DNA of 64,000 nucleotides from the human T2T-CHM13v2.0 reference genome, Homo sapiens. Both the position numbers and the translations under genes were made by a program. The notes under the pieces are model-generated. The model did no database searches, was not told the origin of the DNA, and saw only the letters and a list, made by a program, of their open reading frames with translations. The stretch spans positions 12,288,001 through 12,352,000 of the forward strand of contig CP068257.2 of assembly GCA_009914755.4 (NCBI GenBank), given 5' to 3'. Below, in pieces: positions 14,248-27,343 of this stretch (position 1 is the first letter of the stretch; each line of letters starts with the position of its first letter).

Positions 14248-16967
14248 CTTCAGAGCAAAAATACACAATGAAAATGAGCAAGTTGATTTCTTTACAATTT
14301 TTTAACTGTCAGTTTATATCCAGCTTCCCCCTCAAAAAAGGAAAGAATAATCTGGGGAAAGGTCAGTGATCTATATATTAAATTATGATTCTTGATATAA
14401 TTAAAATATGTCCTCTGTTCTAAAAATAGATTTTAGTTACATATTTCTGCCTCCACCTGTCTAAATCTATAAAATATTCAATGAAAACTAACCTTCAGCT
14501 TCATAACGAATAGTGACAGTCAATATATTGGCAGAGTCTAACAATAATTTGCCCTCACAAATTATCTGTCCTGAAGCTGAACTTAAAACTCAATTAATGG
14601 ACGACATAAATTCTGTTACCTAAACTGGAAGAAAATTGATGACCTAAAACAAGGTAGAAAGATCCAGTGTCTCTTTTCCATGATCTATCTCTGGTTATAA
14701 GACTAATCAGCATCACTTCAAAATGGCAGTCTTGATTCCTCAACATGGAACCCACTTACGAATGTCCTATTGCTTTGCCCTAAATTGGTACAGGAAATCC
14801 CATGCAATATTTGAAAGGTATGAAAGCCACATGTACAAAAATCAAATAACAAAGGTGTATGTTCTTATTGAGAATACTTTTCCCAGAAATATTAAAATAT
14901 TAACAATTATAAAATCCCATTATTTTCACTCTATAGGTCCTACTTTATTCAGGTCCACATAAACTAGCAAGCCCTTAAAAGTTTTCATAGGCACTCAGAC
15001 ACCCAAGGAGAGAGACTGCCAGAAAAACAGAGTCCTGGTAGTTGTACCTCTATTTCCCTAAGTACTATCTAAGTATCTGTCTTCCTATGGGCTCCCACTT
15101 CCAGATTCTACTTCTGCAGGGCTCCACAGAAGTCTCCAATCTTCAAATCTTCAGCCTATGAAAGCCCAGATTCCGGAAAGGATGGCCTCAAATGACCAGG
15201 AGTAGGAGCCCTCTATAACCCTGCTCCTGAAAAATAAGCCAACTGGACTCTCCATCACCTGCACCCAGCATAGACACACTACCAACTACCCAACTGAACT
15301 CCATGACTGGTTTGCCAGCCAATCATGCCCCTGACCCAGCCTACATGGACATGGGAAGGATATCAGTGAATCGGGAACAGAGGCAGAGGTGAAGAGGCCA
15401 CCTGTCCTGGGCCACACATCTATGTAGTCCAGCAATCTCCAGCCCCTTAGTACTCCAAGGGCTCTAAGCCACCCCTCTGAAAGTCAGGACAGAAGTAGAT
15501 GACACCACATTTCTATCTGCTGTAGACACTCCTCCCAGTGTCTCAAAATGTTTTAGCATCTTTCGGTAAAATTCTTCAAGTTTGTCAGTCCTTGATTTAA
15601 AAAAAAGGAGCAAACTTTTTAGAGCTCCCTTGAACTCTTTATCAAACTTCTCATAAACCCTAATATTTTGATCTCTTATTGAAGAGTCCATACTCCTATC
15701 CAATCCAGTGTTGTTTCTCTTCAAACTTGGCCTTCCCCTGCTCATTCCATTCTTATCTACTTCCATTGGGTTCACCAGCTAATTCCATTTTCATACCATC
15801 CACTGGGTGCACCGGACTCACTCCCATTTGTATTATTAAAGCACATGCAAATAGGATATAAAAAGAAGGAAGAGTACTGGGCCTTAAAATGAGTTCAAAT
15901 CTCATTTCTGCCAATTCCTGTGTCTAAAAAAAAAAGCATCCTAATCTCTTTGAGCCTCACATTCTCTGAGAATCACTTGACCAGAATGTTCAATACAGGT
16001 AAAAATACTAGAAAGTATTTTAATTCATTCTAAGATTCCTTAAAATTCTGTAATTCTATGTCCTCTTGATTCTGTCTATAGGAAAACTGGGAATACATAC
16101 CCAGCAAAATTTGAAAAAATAATAGAACAAAAGAAACAGCAAGAAAAGCAGAGAAGAAAAATCAAGACAAGATTATACAAAAGTCATGGAAAAAGAAACA
16201 AGACTTAAAAAAGTATTATGGAAGTAGCAGAAATACTTGCCTAAATGGAAAACCAAACTGGGAAGTCAAATGATTTCTCTCTAAGACTTGCCTAAACTTG
16301 CTTTTGTAAAACTTACAGTCCTATGGACAAAGCTAAGTCAGATCTGCCCTAAAGCCTTTGATGGTAAAAATAAGATACTGGCTACCACTGAAATTGTCAA
16401 ATTTATTAGGACAAACTCTTCGACTAACCACATTTCTAACAATACTTTAAATGAGAGTTTAAGGTATTTAAGGTATTTAAACTCTCATTAATTTAGAGAT
16501 TAATTAAATTAATGAATCTGATTAATCTGATTCAGACCTATACCTTGATCCAAGTGCTGCACGGATGTCTACCAATCTATGCTGAGGAGCAAGAGAAGGG
16601 ATTTGGAAGCCAGGCAGGCTGACGGTCAAACTGTAGGCCAGCTGCTTTGTTAACTATGAGTTTATAAGGCAATTAATCAACTGCTGTAATCCATAGTTGT
16701 TTATTTAATAAACAGTAGGTTATAGGAACACAGATGTTGTGATGGCTTTATGAGATGATAAATGCATAGAAGATATTAGGATGTCTAGCCCAGAATACAA
16801 CACTCAACAGATATTAGTTTCTTCCATCTATATTTTCTTAGTTAACATAATTTTTTAAATCTATAAAATCCTGACTGCAGACTCATCAGAACTTCCAACA
16901 TCTATTAAAGAAAAAGGTAGAATGCATTTTAAATCAATAATAAATGTACAGAATATTAAAAGCATAA

Positions 16968-17100
16968 CAATGCACAGTGATGCATGCCTGTAATCCAAAC
17001 TGCTTGGGAGGATGAGGCAGGAGGATCACTTGAGGAATCTAGAAGTTTGAGACCAGCTTGGGAAACATAGTAAGACACTACCTTCATAAAAAAAAATTGT
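16968..17100 (+). mobile_element. Partial Alu (left arm)
   Basis: gcatgcctgtaatccaaactgcttgggaggatgaggcaggaggatcacttgagg... followed by A-run. Confidence 0.7.
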
Positions 17101-17739
17101 GCACACTTGTGTGTATGCTTTAGATCCTGTTTTTGTTGTTGTTGGTGGTGGTGGTTTTGTTTTGGTTTGTTTTTTAAAAGCATAAGACTGATGCTTTGTT
17201 ACAAATAATTCCTTTGGGAGCATGCCTGGGACCTTATTAGAATTAACATTAATTTTACCTATTGGTAGGTAATTCATGCAGTAAGAACTCTTCCCTTTGT
17301 ATTTATTAGATGCAAAGAAGAATAACTTTATTAAAATTTGGTATCTACAAGTGAACTGCAGTTTACAAGTCATCCTAGCCAAACCCTATGAGATTGAGTA
17401 AAGATGTTATTGTTAGCAGAACAGGTGTGATGAGTCAACAGTGTCAAAGAGAATGATTTCTGGACCAAAATATGAGGAGCAGTTAAAACAGAGGATACAG
17501 TAGTACCCCTTATCCACTATATGTGAGCAAAGACATACTTGACATGTTTTTCTCTGCTCTCACACCACAGCAACAATCATCAACAAAGAAGGCTTCTGTG
17601 ACCAAATGTGTGGAGAGTTTTCCCCACCAACAAGCAAGCAATCATTCCTGCTGATGGCACAATTCAATTCTCACACCCTATCTTCAGATTACATCAGATT
17701 TAATTTATAAATTAAACTTTATCATAGATATGTATGTAT

Positions 17740-17845
17740 AGGAAAAAACAGTTTGTGATTCAGTACTATTCATGGTTTCTTGCATCCACTGGGGGTCTTG
17801 GAATGTATCTCCCACAATTAAGGGGGAACTACTGCACTTATTTTG
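17740..17845 (+). mobile_element. Possible old L1 3'-end fragment
   Basis: ggtttcttgcatccactgggggtcttggaatgtatctcccacaattaagggggaactactg resembles a motif I recall from old L1 3' ends. Uncertain. Confidence 0.3.
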
Positions 17846-19306
17846 TTATAACACAACACAGCCTCTCTAGCTCTTCAGTTCAAACTGTTCAGTTTAGGAT
17901 AAAACACCCTATCACCAGAAGCCAGGAAAACATAGGAATCAGACCAGAAACAGGAATCCTTGCAAAAACTTTCCAGCTGCCAGTGGAGAAGATCTCAAGA
18001 GAGATCACTGTGTTACTCTGGCTAATACTCTTCTGGGGAAGGTGCTGGGTGGTTTCCTTAGTTGTAGCTATTTGCTCTGCCCTACATATAACAAGGCCCA
18101 TGTTCACCTGCCATTTTACCTCCCACAGAAAGAACCACTGGAAAGATCACTCCTTTAAGAGCTTATCCACATTCAGAGAGAAGCTGAAGAAACACTGGGG
18201 AGGTGTGGCAGGGTGCTGGGCAGTATTATCTCATGTGAAAAATATATAGAAAGAAAACTATCAATGCCCTTTTACTACCGGAATGTTCCAATGCTTGCCG
18301 TTCTCCCTAGTAGGAGAAAAAAATTCTTTTTCACCTCACATAAAGCAAAACTCCCTTGCCATCCCTCATAACAGAATCTAGTTGTAGGTGAGTCATGTCA
18401 TCATAATACAGGCTGTTGTCAACCTCATCCCTCAAAGGAAGAGGATCAGTGAGGAACATATGTATTTACCTATAGCATTCACTGCCTGGTCTTATTTCCA
18501 ACCGAAGGTAAGTATGAAAGACTGTGTGATTCCAGTTTTATAAAGTACAACCCCTTGCGCTTGTCCCCTTCCATTGCTAGACAGTGTATCTGGACCCACC
18601 TCACAGAGCAAGATGCTCCAGTTTGTGCTGTGTGGTACGGCATGGTGTCCTTTTCCTCAACCCTTTCCATTATGTGCCAAATATCTATACAAATCATGTT
18701 TTCTAAGTATGTAAAGCATACCTCATCAGCATATATCATTCTTTACAATGATAAAGAAGCAAAAGAAAAACAAAAGGACAAAGAGCATCTTAAATGACTA
18801 CCTTCAATTGTCATGGAGCTTTAATTTTCTTAATATTCAAAAATATATCCACAGTATTATTCCAACTATGTGACTCTTCTGAAAAAAGTAAAACTATGAA
18901 GACAGAGTAAACATCAATGGCTGCCACGAGTTGCTAGGGAGAAAGGGAGAGATGAACAGGCATAGCATAGAGAATTTTTAGGGCAGTGAAACTGTTCTGT
19001 CAATAATATAACAGTAATAGATACATGTCATGTCATTATACATTTGTCCAAATTCACAGACTGTACAGCATCAAGAGTGAAGCCTGATGTAAACTATGAA
19101 CTTTGAGTGATTATAAAGTGTCAATGTAAGTTCATCAGTTGTAACAAATGTACCACACTCTGGTGGAAAATACTAATAATGGGGGAGGCTATGCATGTGT
19201 TGGAGGCATGGAATATACAAGAAATCTCTGTACCTTCCCTCAATTTTGCTGTGAACCTAAAACTGCTCTAAGAAATAAAGTTATTGATTTAAAAAAGATA
19301 TTCACA

Positions 19307-19600
<294 letters not shown>

Positions 19601-19656
19601 TATTCACTGTTTATGCAACCCAGGATCTCCAGAACAATAATTAAAATAATAATTTA

Positions 19657-20025
<369 letters not shown>

Positions 20026-20519
20026 CTAAAAATTAGAGATCATTGAAGACCAAAGTAACAGCATGTGGTCATTATATTTCTCAAATTGAAGTATATGAAA
20101 TATATAAAATAAATAAATTTAATTGCATGCTTAGGTAAGAAAATATTGATAAAAATGATGGAATACTTTATCTTATAATCATAGAGGGATTTAACACAAT
20201 ATGAAAACTAGATTATTCATGTAATCAAAATAAAATACAATTTTTATTCTAATTTTAACTCAGAAATTATTATGCTTATTTAATTCAACAATTTTACTGA
20301 AAGCTTAATGAGATAAAAAGGACAGATTATAATTACCTAACATTGCTATGGTAACTTATATGCAAATACCTGTTAGTCACCAAAAGTCAAAAAGTAACCA
20401 GCATTGCAACTTAAGATGGATCATACAACAGAAATTAGTACCAAGTTACCTTATCTTATAATATTATGTGTTATTAAAATAAAATTTTAAAACAACACCA
20501 AAAATTAAATTGGGGCTAT

Positions 20520-21090
20520 AAGCGTTGGGCAGAAAAGATTTCATATAGCAGGAAAGAGACTGCCATCCTTAGAAAGGCCTGCATGCAAGGCTGGCCCTTG
20601 GCTGGTGTTAAGGAAATTGGAATTGGGAGGGTTTCCACCATTCCCTGAGAAGAGTGGCTCACTGTGTCTAAAGTGTTTATAGAAACAGTGTGGTTACTCT
20701 GAACATCTGCTTTCCTTGTAAGAGTCTGGAATTTGGGTACATGTAAGGGAGAGTAATTTCCACAGAAAAACTTGGATACTTCATCTCTAATGAGACTCTG
20801 GTACTGGTAGACATCACTGCACATACGCTGTCAAAATGTGAGCCTGGGAGAATTAAGCAGATCCCGGGCACTCCACAGGAGAGAACTCCTGGAGGCTTGT
20901 GCCTGGTTTCCTCCAGAATTGACCACAAGCACCTTTTTCCTCTACTAATTTTGCTTGTCCCCTTTCTTGTAATCAATTAAAGATCTGAGTATGACTATTT
21001 GCTGAGTCCTGTGAGTCCTTCTAGTGAACCACCAAACCTGGGGTGGTCTTGGGAAACCTTGACACAAATACATTGTGTAAGATTTGTATT
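20520..21090. mobile_element. Possible solitary ERV LTR
   Basis: TG...CA-bounded ~570 bp unit containing an AATTAAA signal (caattaaagatctgag). The ORFs at 20516..20976 are not recognisable proteins. Identity not established. Confidence 0.3.
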
Positions 21091-21431
21091 AAGTTGATAT
21101 GATATATGTAACTGTAATCAGATGGCTATTTCACAGAATAATTTTTCCTAAACTGTTTTTCTTTTCTTTTTTCCCCTTGATATTTGACTTTGAGATTCTT
21201 GTATTTCTATATCTATCCACAGGAATAAAGCCATAAAAGGAATAAATGACACAATAATGTCAGAAAATAATGTGGAATAAGCAGCAATCCTATTTAAACC
21301 GAATAAAAAATAGGGAATCTGGGTGATTGACAATATGTTCCATAATATGAATGTTTCTAGAAAAAATAATGAAAAGGTGGTCAATTTTCTGCAACTCAAC
21401 TGGGCTTAATTCCTTTTTATAATAATTGTGC

Positions 21432-21785
21432 AGGTCAGGTGCAGTGGCTCTCACCTGTAAATCCCAGCATTTTGGGAGGATGAGGCAGGAGGATCACTTG
21501 AGCCCAGAAGTTCCAGACCAGCCTGGGCAATATAGTGAGACCTCATATATTAAACAAAAAATGAAAAACAAAAAAACCTTAAAAAGAAAATTAGCCAAGT
21601 GTGGTGGTGCATGCCTGGAGTCCCAGCTACTTGGGAGGCTAAGGTGAAAGGTGAAAGGATAATTTAAGGCCAGGAAGCAGAAGTTGCAGTGAGCCAAGAT
21701 GGCACCACTGCACTCCAGTGTAGAGCAACAGAGGGAACAGAGGGAACAGAGGGAAACACTGTATCAAAAATAAATAAATAAACAA
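21432..21785 (+). mobile_element. Alu SINE (with internal insertions/expansion)
   Basis: Alu consensus ends ...(aaat)n. Confidence 0.8.
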
Positions 21786-21814
21786 TTGTGTATCAGGCCA
21801 GATATAACCATACA

Positions 21815-21955
21815 AAACTGTAGTCCCAGCTACTCAGGAAGATGAGGTAGGAGGACTGCTTGAGCCCAGGAGTTCAAGGCTACAGTGAGCTATGTTTGCA
21901 CCAATGAATAGACACTTTATTCTAGCCTAGGCAACATAGAGAGACCCCATCTCCT
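21815..21955 (+). mobile_element. Partial Alu (right arm)
   Basis: ...tagtcccagctactcaggaagatgaggtaggaggactgcttgagcccaggagttcaaggctacagtgagc... Confidence 0.7.
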
Positions 21956-22249
21956 ATAATAATTGATTAATTGTGCATCATTCAAGTAAATTGTATAACT
22001 GGAGAAAAACATATGACTATTGAATATACCATAATAGTCTACTACTGATCATAGAGTTCCTGTTTACTTGCTTCTAATCTTTTTCTTTGTTTCTTATAAA
22101 ACTAAAAACATGATTCACCCATTAAAGGCAGTTCATTACAGAACAAGTCAAAAAGCCAGAAGAATGGCATCCAAACTGTAGATGTGTTATCTACCACTCC
22201 CCGCAAACAGTTGGATTTGGTCATTAAGAATCAGCAGGACTTTTAACTT

Positions 22250-22330
22250 GGTGTCTGTGTGCACATGCGTGTGCACATATGTATGTGTATATGTGCATGT
22301 GCATGTGTCTATGTGTATGTGTATAAACTA
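22250..22330. repeat. Imperfect GT/CA-rich (TGTGCAyATG-like) low-complexity repeat
   Basis: gtgtctgtgtgcacatgcgtgtgcacatatgtatgtgtatatgtgcatgtgcatgtgtctatgtgtatgtgtat. Confidence 0.5.
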
Positions 22331-23449
22331 TGACAGATAAAACCATTTTGCTTGTGTAAGAATATGTAATATAAGTTGTGCTTCTCATGAAGGAATTGCT
22401 TTTCTGTCTCCTGTGCTCAGTAGCTATCCTCAAAAAATAATCTCTTATTTGTATGGGTGCATGCTGGTTCAGTTTTACAGTTCGTATTGCCATTTATTTA
22501 TGGTACCAGAAAGGGATTGCTGAGTTCCTGGTTCTAAAGATAGTTACTTTCTTAGTGACACAAATCAATATGTAATACAGTTCGCCCTTCAACAGCAAGG
22601 GTTTCAACTGCAGCGATTCACTTATATGCTGATGTTTTTCTGCCTTTGCAACCCAGAGACAGCAAGATCCACCTGTCCTCTTCCTCCTCAGCCTAATCAA
22701 CCTGAAGATCTTGAAGACCTTTGTCAGGATCTACTTATGCTTTATGAGAAGTCAATATATCATTCCTGATGATTTTCTTTTTAACAGCTTCATTTCTCTA
22801 GCTTACTTTATTGCAAGAACACAGTATATAATAATGCACCACAAACAAAATAGGTGTCTATCAACTGCTTATGTTATCAGGAAGGCTCCCAGTCAATGGT
22901 GGGCTATTAGTAGCTAAGGTGAAGGAATCAAAAGTTATACTCAGATTTTCAACTGCACAGGGATCAGAGTCCCTCACCCCCACATTATTCATGGGTCAAC
23001 TGTAATTATTTGTTTACTAAATATAAACAATTTATTATAAAAATGAAATAGAAGATCCATTTGTATATCAAGTCCAATTTGTTATAATGTGACTATAGAG
23101 GAAACATACAACATACTAACTTAAAAATCTTTTTTCTTATTTATGCAGAAATATTATATAGGATTTTAGGGATCATAATTAAATAAAGGAATTTTTTCAG
23201 ACAATAATGTTTGAGATTATAAGTTAGCTACAACTACCTTCTTAAATAAATCTGAATTTCAAAATAAAGAAGTTAAATTTTAAAAATTAATTTACATATG
23301 TATATACATATATGCACATTTAATTTACATATATTTTTAAACTGGTCTTTTTTTATTAACACTACCTTAATCTTACATCTTACTTTTTACTTTCTTATCA
23401 AGAGTAGGACCACCAAGAGAAATAAGAAATTCACTATCAGAAGTCTTAC

Positions 23450-23505
23450 CTGGTTTGTCATTTTTAAGTATCATCTTTTTATGTTCCAAAATTTGTTGTT
23501 GAATT
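23450..23505 (-). CDS. ANKRD20A-like exon 6 (short)
   Basis: Acceptor acatag|AATTCAAC and consensus donor CCAG|gtaaga. Translation (K)IQQQILEHKKMILKNDKP. An alternative later donor is possible because read-through still resembles the ANKRD20A SSDES region. Confidence 0.55.
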
Positions 23506-25611
23506 CTATGTATACAAAAGTAATAAATAAAATTGCTATTTTAATACTGAAATAAAAAATATTTACCAAACATATTAAATTCTAAAACCATTTCAGGCAA
23601 TATCAGACCTAATATCAGAATTTTAATGTCCCATACACTTCAAATTTTTAAACCTTACAAGCTTATTAAGCTTATAATTAAAGAAGAAAAAAAGTGAAGT
23701 ACTCATAAATGGAGGAAGCATAGCTCAGTAAATGAACTCTAGTTAGCTGGACATCATGTAACATGTCCTGCACTCAGAATAAGTCCTCACTCTGTAACTA
23801 ATAGATATTTTGTTTTCAGACAAGTTGCTTCTCTTAGGCTCCCTGTTTTTTTCTAAAAAAGGATTTTGCTACCTTACTTCAGTAGGTTGTTAGGAAGATG
23901 TAATAAGATTACATGTTTAAATGTTCAGGAAATAGTAAAGCAATGGAATGATTTATTCTTGAACTTTATTGCTTGGTGTGTGTTTTTCTATAAGTTCTAA
24001 TATTCAATTGTTGCAGTTTTCAGAAAATGTTATTAAGTGCTAATTTTGGTTATTAGTTGTATTCTTTGTGGCTTGTAATTCAGGGCATTTTACCTAATTC
24101 ATAACTAATCTGATTAAAATAGATTACCTAATTGTCTCCCATCACTGAGCTCATCAATCACACCAAAGGCAGAAAACTAATAGGTGTCAAAACCTGGGCT
24201 TGGACAACTACCACTCCTTCTCTACCTCCTCAAACTCTGAGCCAGCAGATCTGTGCTAGGACGCTGGATCTCCATGGTCCTCTCCAACAAACAGATGAGA
24301 CAAAACCCTGCTTTTATTGTTTTTCAGTTCCATGAAGGAAATGCAAGTTGACATTTTGTCATTTCCAAGACATGTAGTAGCAACAAGTAACATCCCCTTA
24401 TTACTCAGCTCTGTTCTCATTTCAGAGATCACCTTACATCAATAGTTTTATAGTGATAATCACAATTTCAATATTGGGTGTCTTCTGTTTTGGTTTCACT
24501 CACACTGCTTCCTTGGAGCTACTCAACAAATAGTCAAATGACCTTCCCGGGACTATGCAAAATATGGAATGCTTTCTGAATTTGTGTGCCATCCCTAGGC
24601 AGCAGCCATGCTTACCTGCTCTGTATTGATCCAATTTTTAAATATGTGCTGCTGAAACAAGTACAAAGCCCTGTTTGATACATGGATACTCATGAGTTAT
24701 GGATGAGGCTTAGCTCTGTTAAATCCAACTCACTGACTTTAGATTCAGATAATTTTATTGAATGGCTTCCTGTGAGGTAGAATTTTAAAATATATTTAAA
24801 ACTCCTGGAAGAGTTGTGATTAGCCCAGGAGATTTTCATTATCATAGAGACACATTACTTGAGGGGCCAATTGCAAGTTGGTTCCCACTACTCGGTGGAA
24901 AGATAACATGGAACCTTCTGCTATCTAACCAAAGCTGCTCCACAGGATGTAAAAAAGCCTCAAGGTACAGATCTGATAGCAAAAGAGAAAGGGAACCCTA
25001 ATCTCTTCCTGCAAAATTATTTGAACATCCCTGACTGTTGAGAGCAATCCCAACTAATATTGGTTAAAGAACAGACAAACACGGGTCTCATAGGATAACT
25101 TACCATGAATGCCTAGGCTAAGTCTAGCTAAGATGTGGGCTCCAAATAAGGTTTTTAGTGTAGGGTGAGGATCAACTTGCTCGATATTTGTGTGGGTAAA
25201 GCTAGGAGGCCTAGCTGCCAGATCAGGGTGCTGGGAACAATGACTGAGCATAAGTACATAAATTAATAAACCCCCTAGCTTTGAACTCTATGTATGAATC
25301 ACCACAAAAACTGAGGGGTCTGAATGAGTGAAGGCATCCTGGTGGCAAAGGTCAAACATTATCAGATTGCAGGACTGGTTACAATGGCAAAAATACAGGA
25401 ATTGAGTCCATGGAAACAACAGAATGATCAGAATGGCCTTTTTCCCCCTTCTTCTGACTTGTAAAGGAAGATTGCCTTCCTTGGGCTTAGGAAACCCCTT
25501 AGCTTCTTGGAAAATCCAAAGAAGGAAGACACAGGAGATAGCCCCAGGAGAAAATACAAGATTTTCTGCTAAATTGGACATTTCAAGACCCAATAACTAA
25601 TTAGAAAAGTC

Positions 25612-25750
25612 AGGCCAGGCATGGTGGCTAGCACTGTGAGAGGCCGAGGCAGGTGGATTACTTGAGCTCAGGAGTTCAAGACCAGCCAGGGCAACAGAGT
25701 GAGACCTTGTTTCAAGGAAAAAAAAAGAAAAGAAAAGAAAGGAAAAGAAG
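25612..25750 (+). mobile_element. Partial Alu (left arm) with A/G-rich tail
   Basis: ggccaggcatggtggctagcactgtgagaggccgaggcaggtggattacttgagctcaggagttcaagaccagcc... Confidence 0.75.
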
Positions 25751-26041
25751 TAAAAAATGTGGCTCTTTTTATCCCATGCATGGGGATTATACTTAGAATA
25801 AAATGAACAACATTGAGATCCCTAGGGATAAAGGTCTTAAAAATCCTGAAAACATCTTGCACTCTACTTCTAACTAATCTAGACTTCTGCTTGATTTCTG
25901 GCTAAAAGGTAGACTAACTCATTGCTATTTCAAACCATCTGAACAAAACTAGGAACTCTCACCTAATGTATAAGATGGAATAGTTGCAATTATTTTAAAC
26001 TTCAATTCAATATTAACTGGCCTTTTAACATAAACACTTAC

Positions 26042-26179
26042 TTTGTCAAACGGCAAGAAATAGCGTAATCTTCTGCATCTTGTCCATACATGTCTTGAGT
26101 AAAGACATTAATATTTTGCTTAAGAAGGATGTTGACAATACCCGGTGAGTCATAGTGCACAGCAAGCATGAGGGCTGTT
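26042..26179 (-). CDS. ANKRD20A-like exon 5
   Basis: Acceptor ttttag|AACAGCC and donor ACAAA|gtaagt. Translation (x)TALMLAVHYDSPGIVNILLKQNINVFTQDMYGQDAEDYAISCRLTK. The first nucleotide A joins the TG from exon 4 to form TGA. Confidence 0.75.
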
Positions 26180-26664
26180 CTAAAATAACAAAGAAATCAC
26201 TCCACTCAAGAACTTTAATAAAGACTTTTTTAAACAGCTAGTTTGATACACTTTACCAATTTAATATCCACCTGTCAGTGTAGACATAATAACATTTTGC
26301 ATGTACTAGCTTGGGTCTATAAGCATCTAGGGTTCTCAGGTGTTCATCTTTATAAATTGTCACCAAGGCTAAAAGAAAAGGACAACAAGGAAGGCTCTTG
26401 TCCCACTGGGGTAAGACATAATACAAGTTGCTAACTCATAGTCCTTTGATAGCCAAGAAACTGTGCTGAGGTCACTTATCTAAAGTAGGTAAAGATTTAG
26501 ATGAAGATTTCCCCATTGCTTTCCTAGTCTGATATACTGTAATTTATATCAGCTAGGGGTCAGATAAGAGCTATCTGCAGACTGAAAACGACAACAACAA
26601 TGATGATGATGACAATACTAGTAGTCATAAACTAAAAGTCCACACTTTAAAAATAAATAAAACT

Positions 26665-27078
<414 letters not shown>

Positions 27079-27220
27079 TTACTCAGTCCAAATATTTGCT
27101 GATCTATCTGATTATTCATGGTGATATTTTTCACTATATGCCAGTAATTATATTAATCTTCTTATTAATATTTCTGACTTGAGTGACTGTTACCACTCTA
27201 GAATACTCAGGTTTTATTTA

Positions 27221-27343
<123 letters not shown>

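Noticed and set aside
17734-18249. 171-aa plus-strand ORF.
   Set aside because: No recognisable homology. Its 5' end overlaps sequence resembling an old L1 3'-end fragment, and hydrophobic low-complexity segments suggest chance.
20516-20976. Two overlapping minus-strand ORFs (~100 aa) considered as exons or an ERV protein.
   Set aside because: No homology recognised. The region more likely is a solitary LTR-like repeat. Left as a low-confidence mobile_element call.
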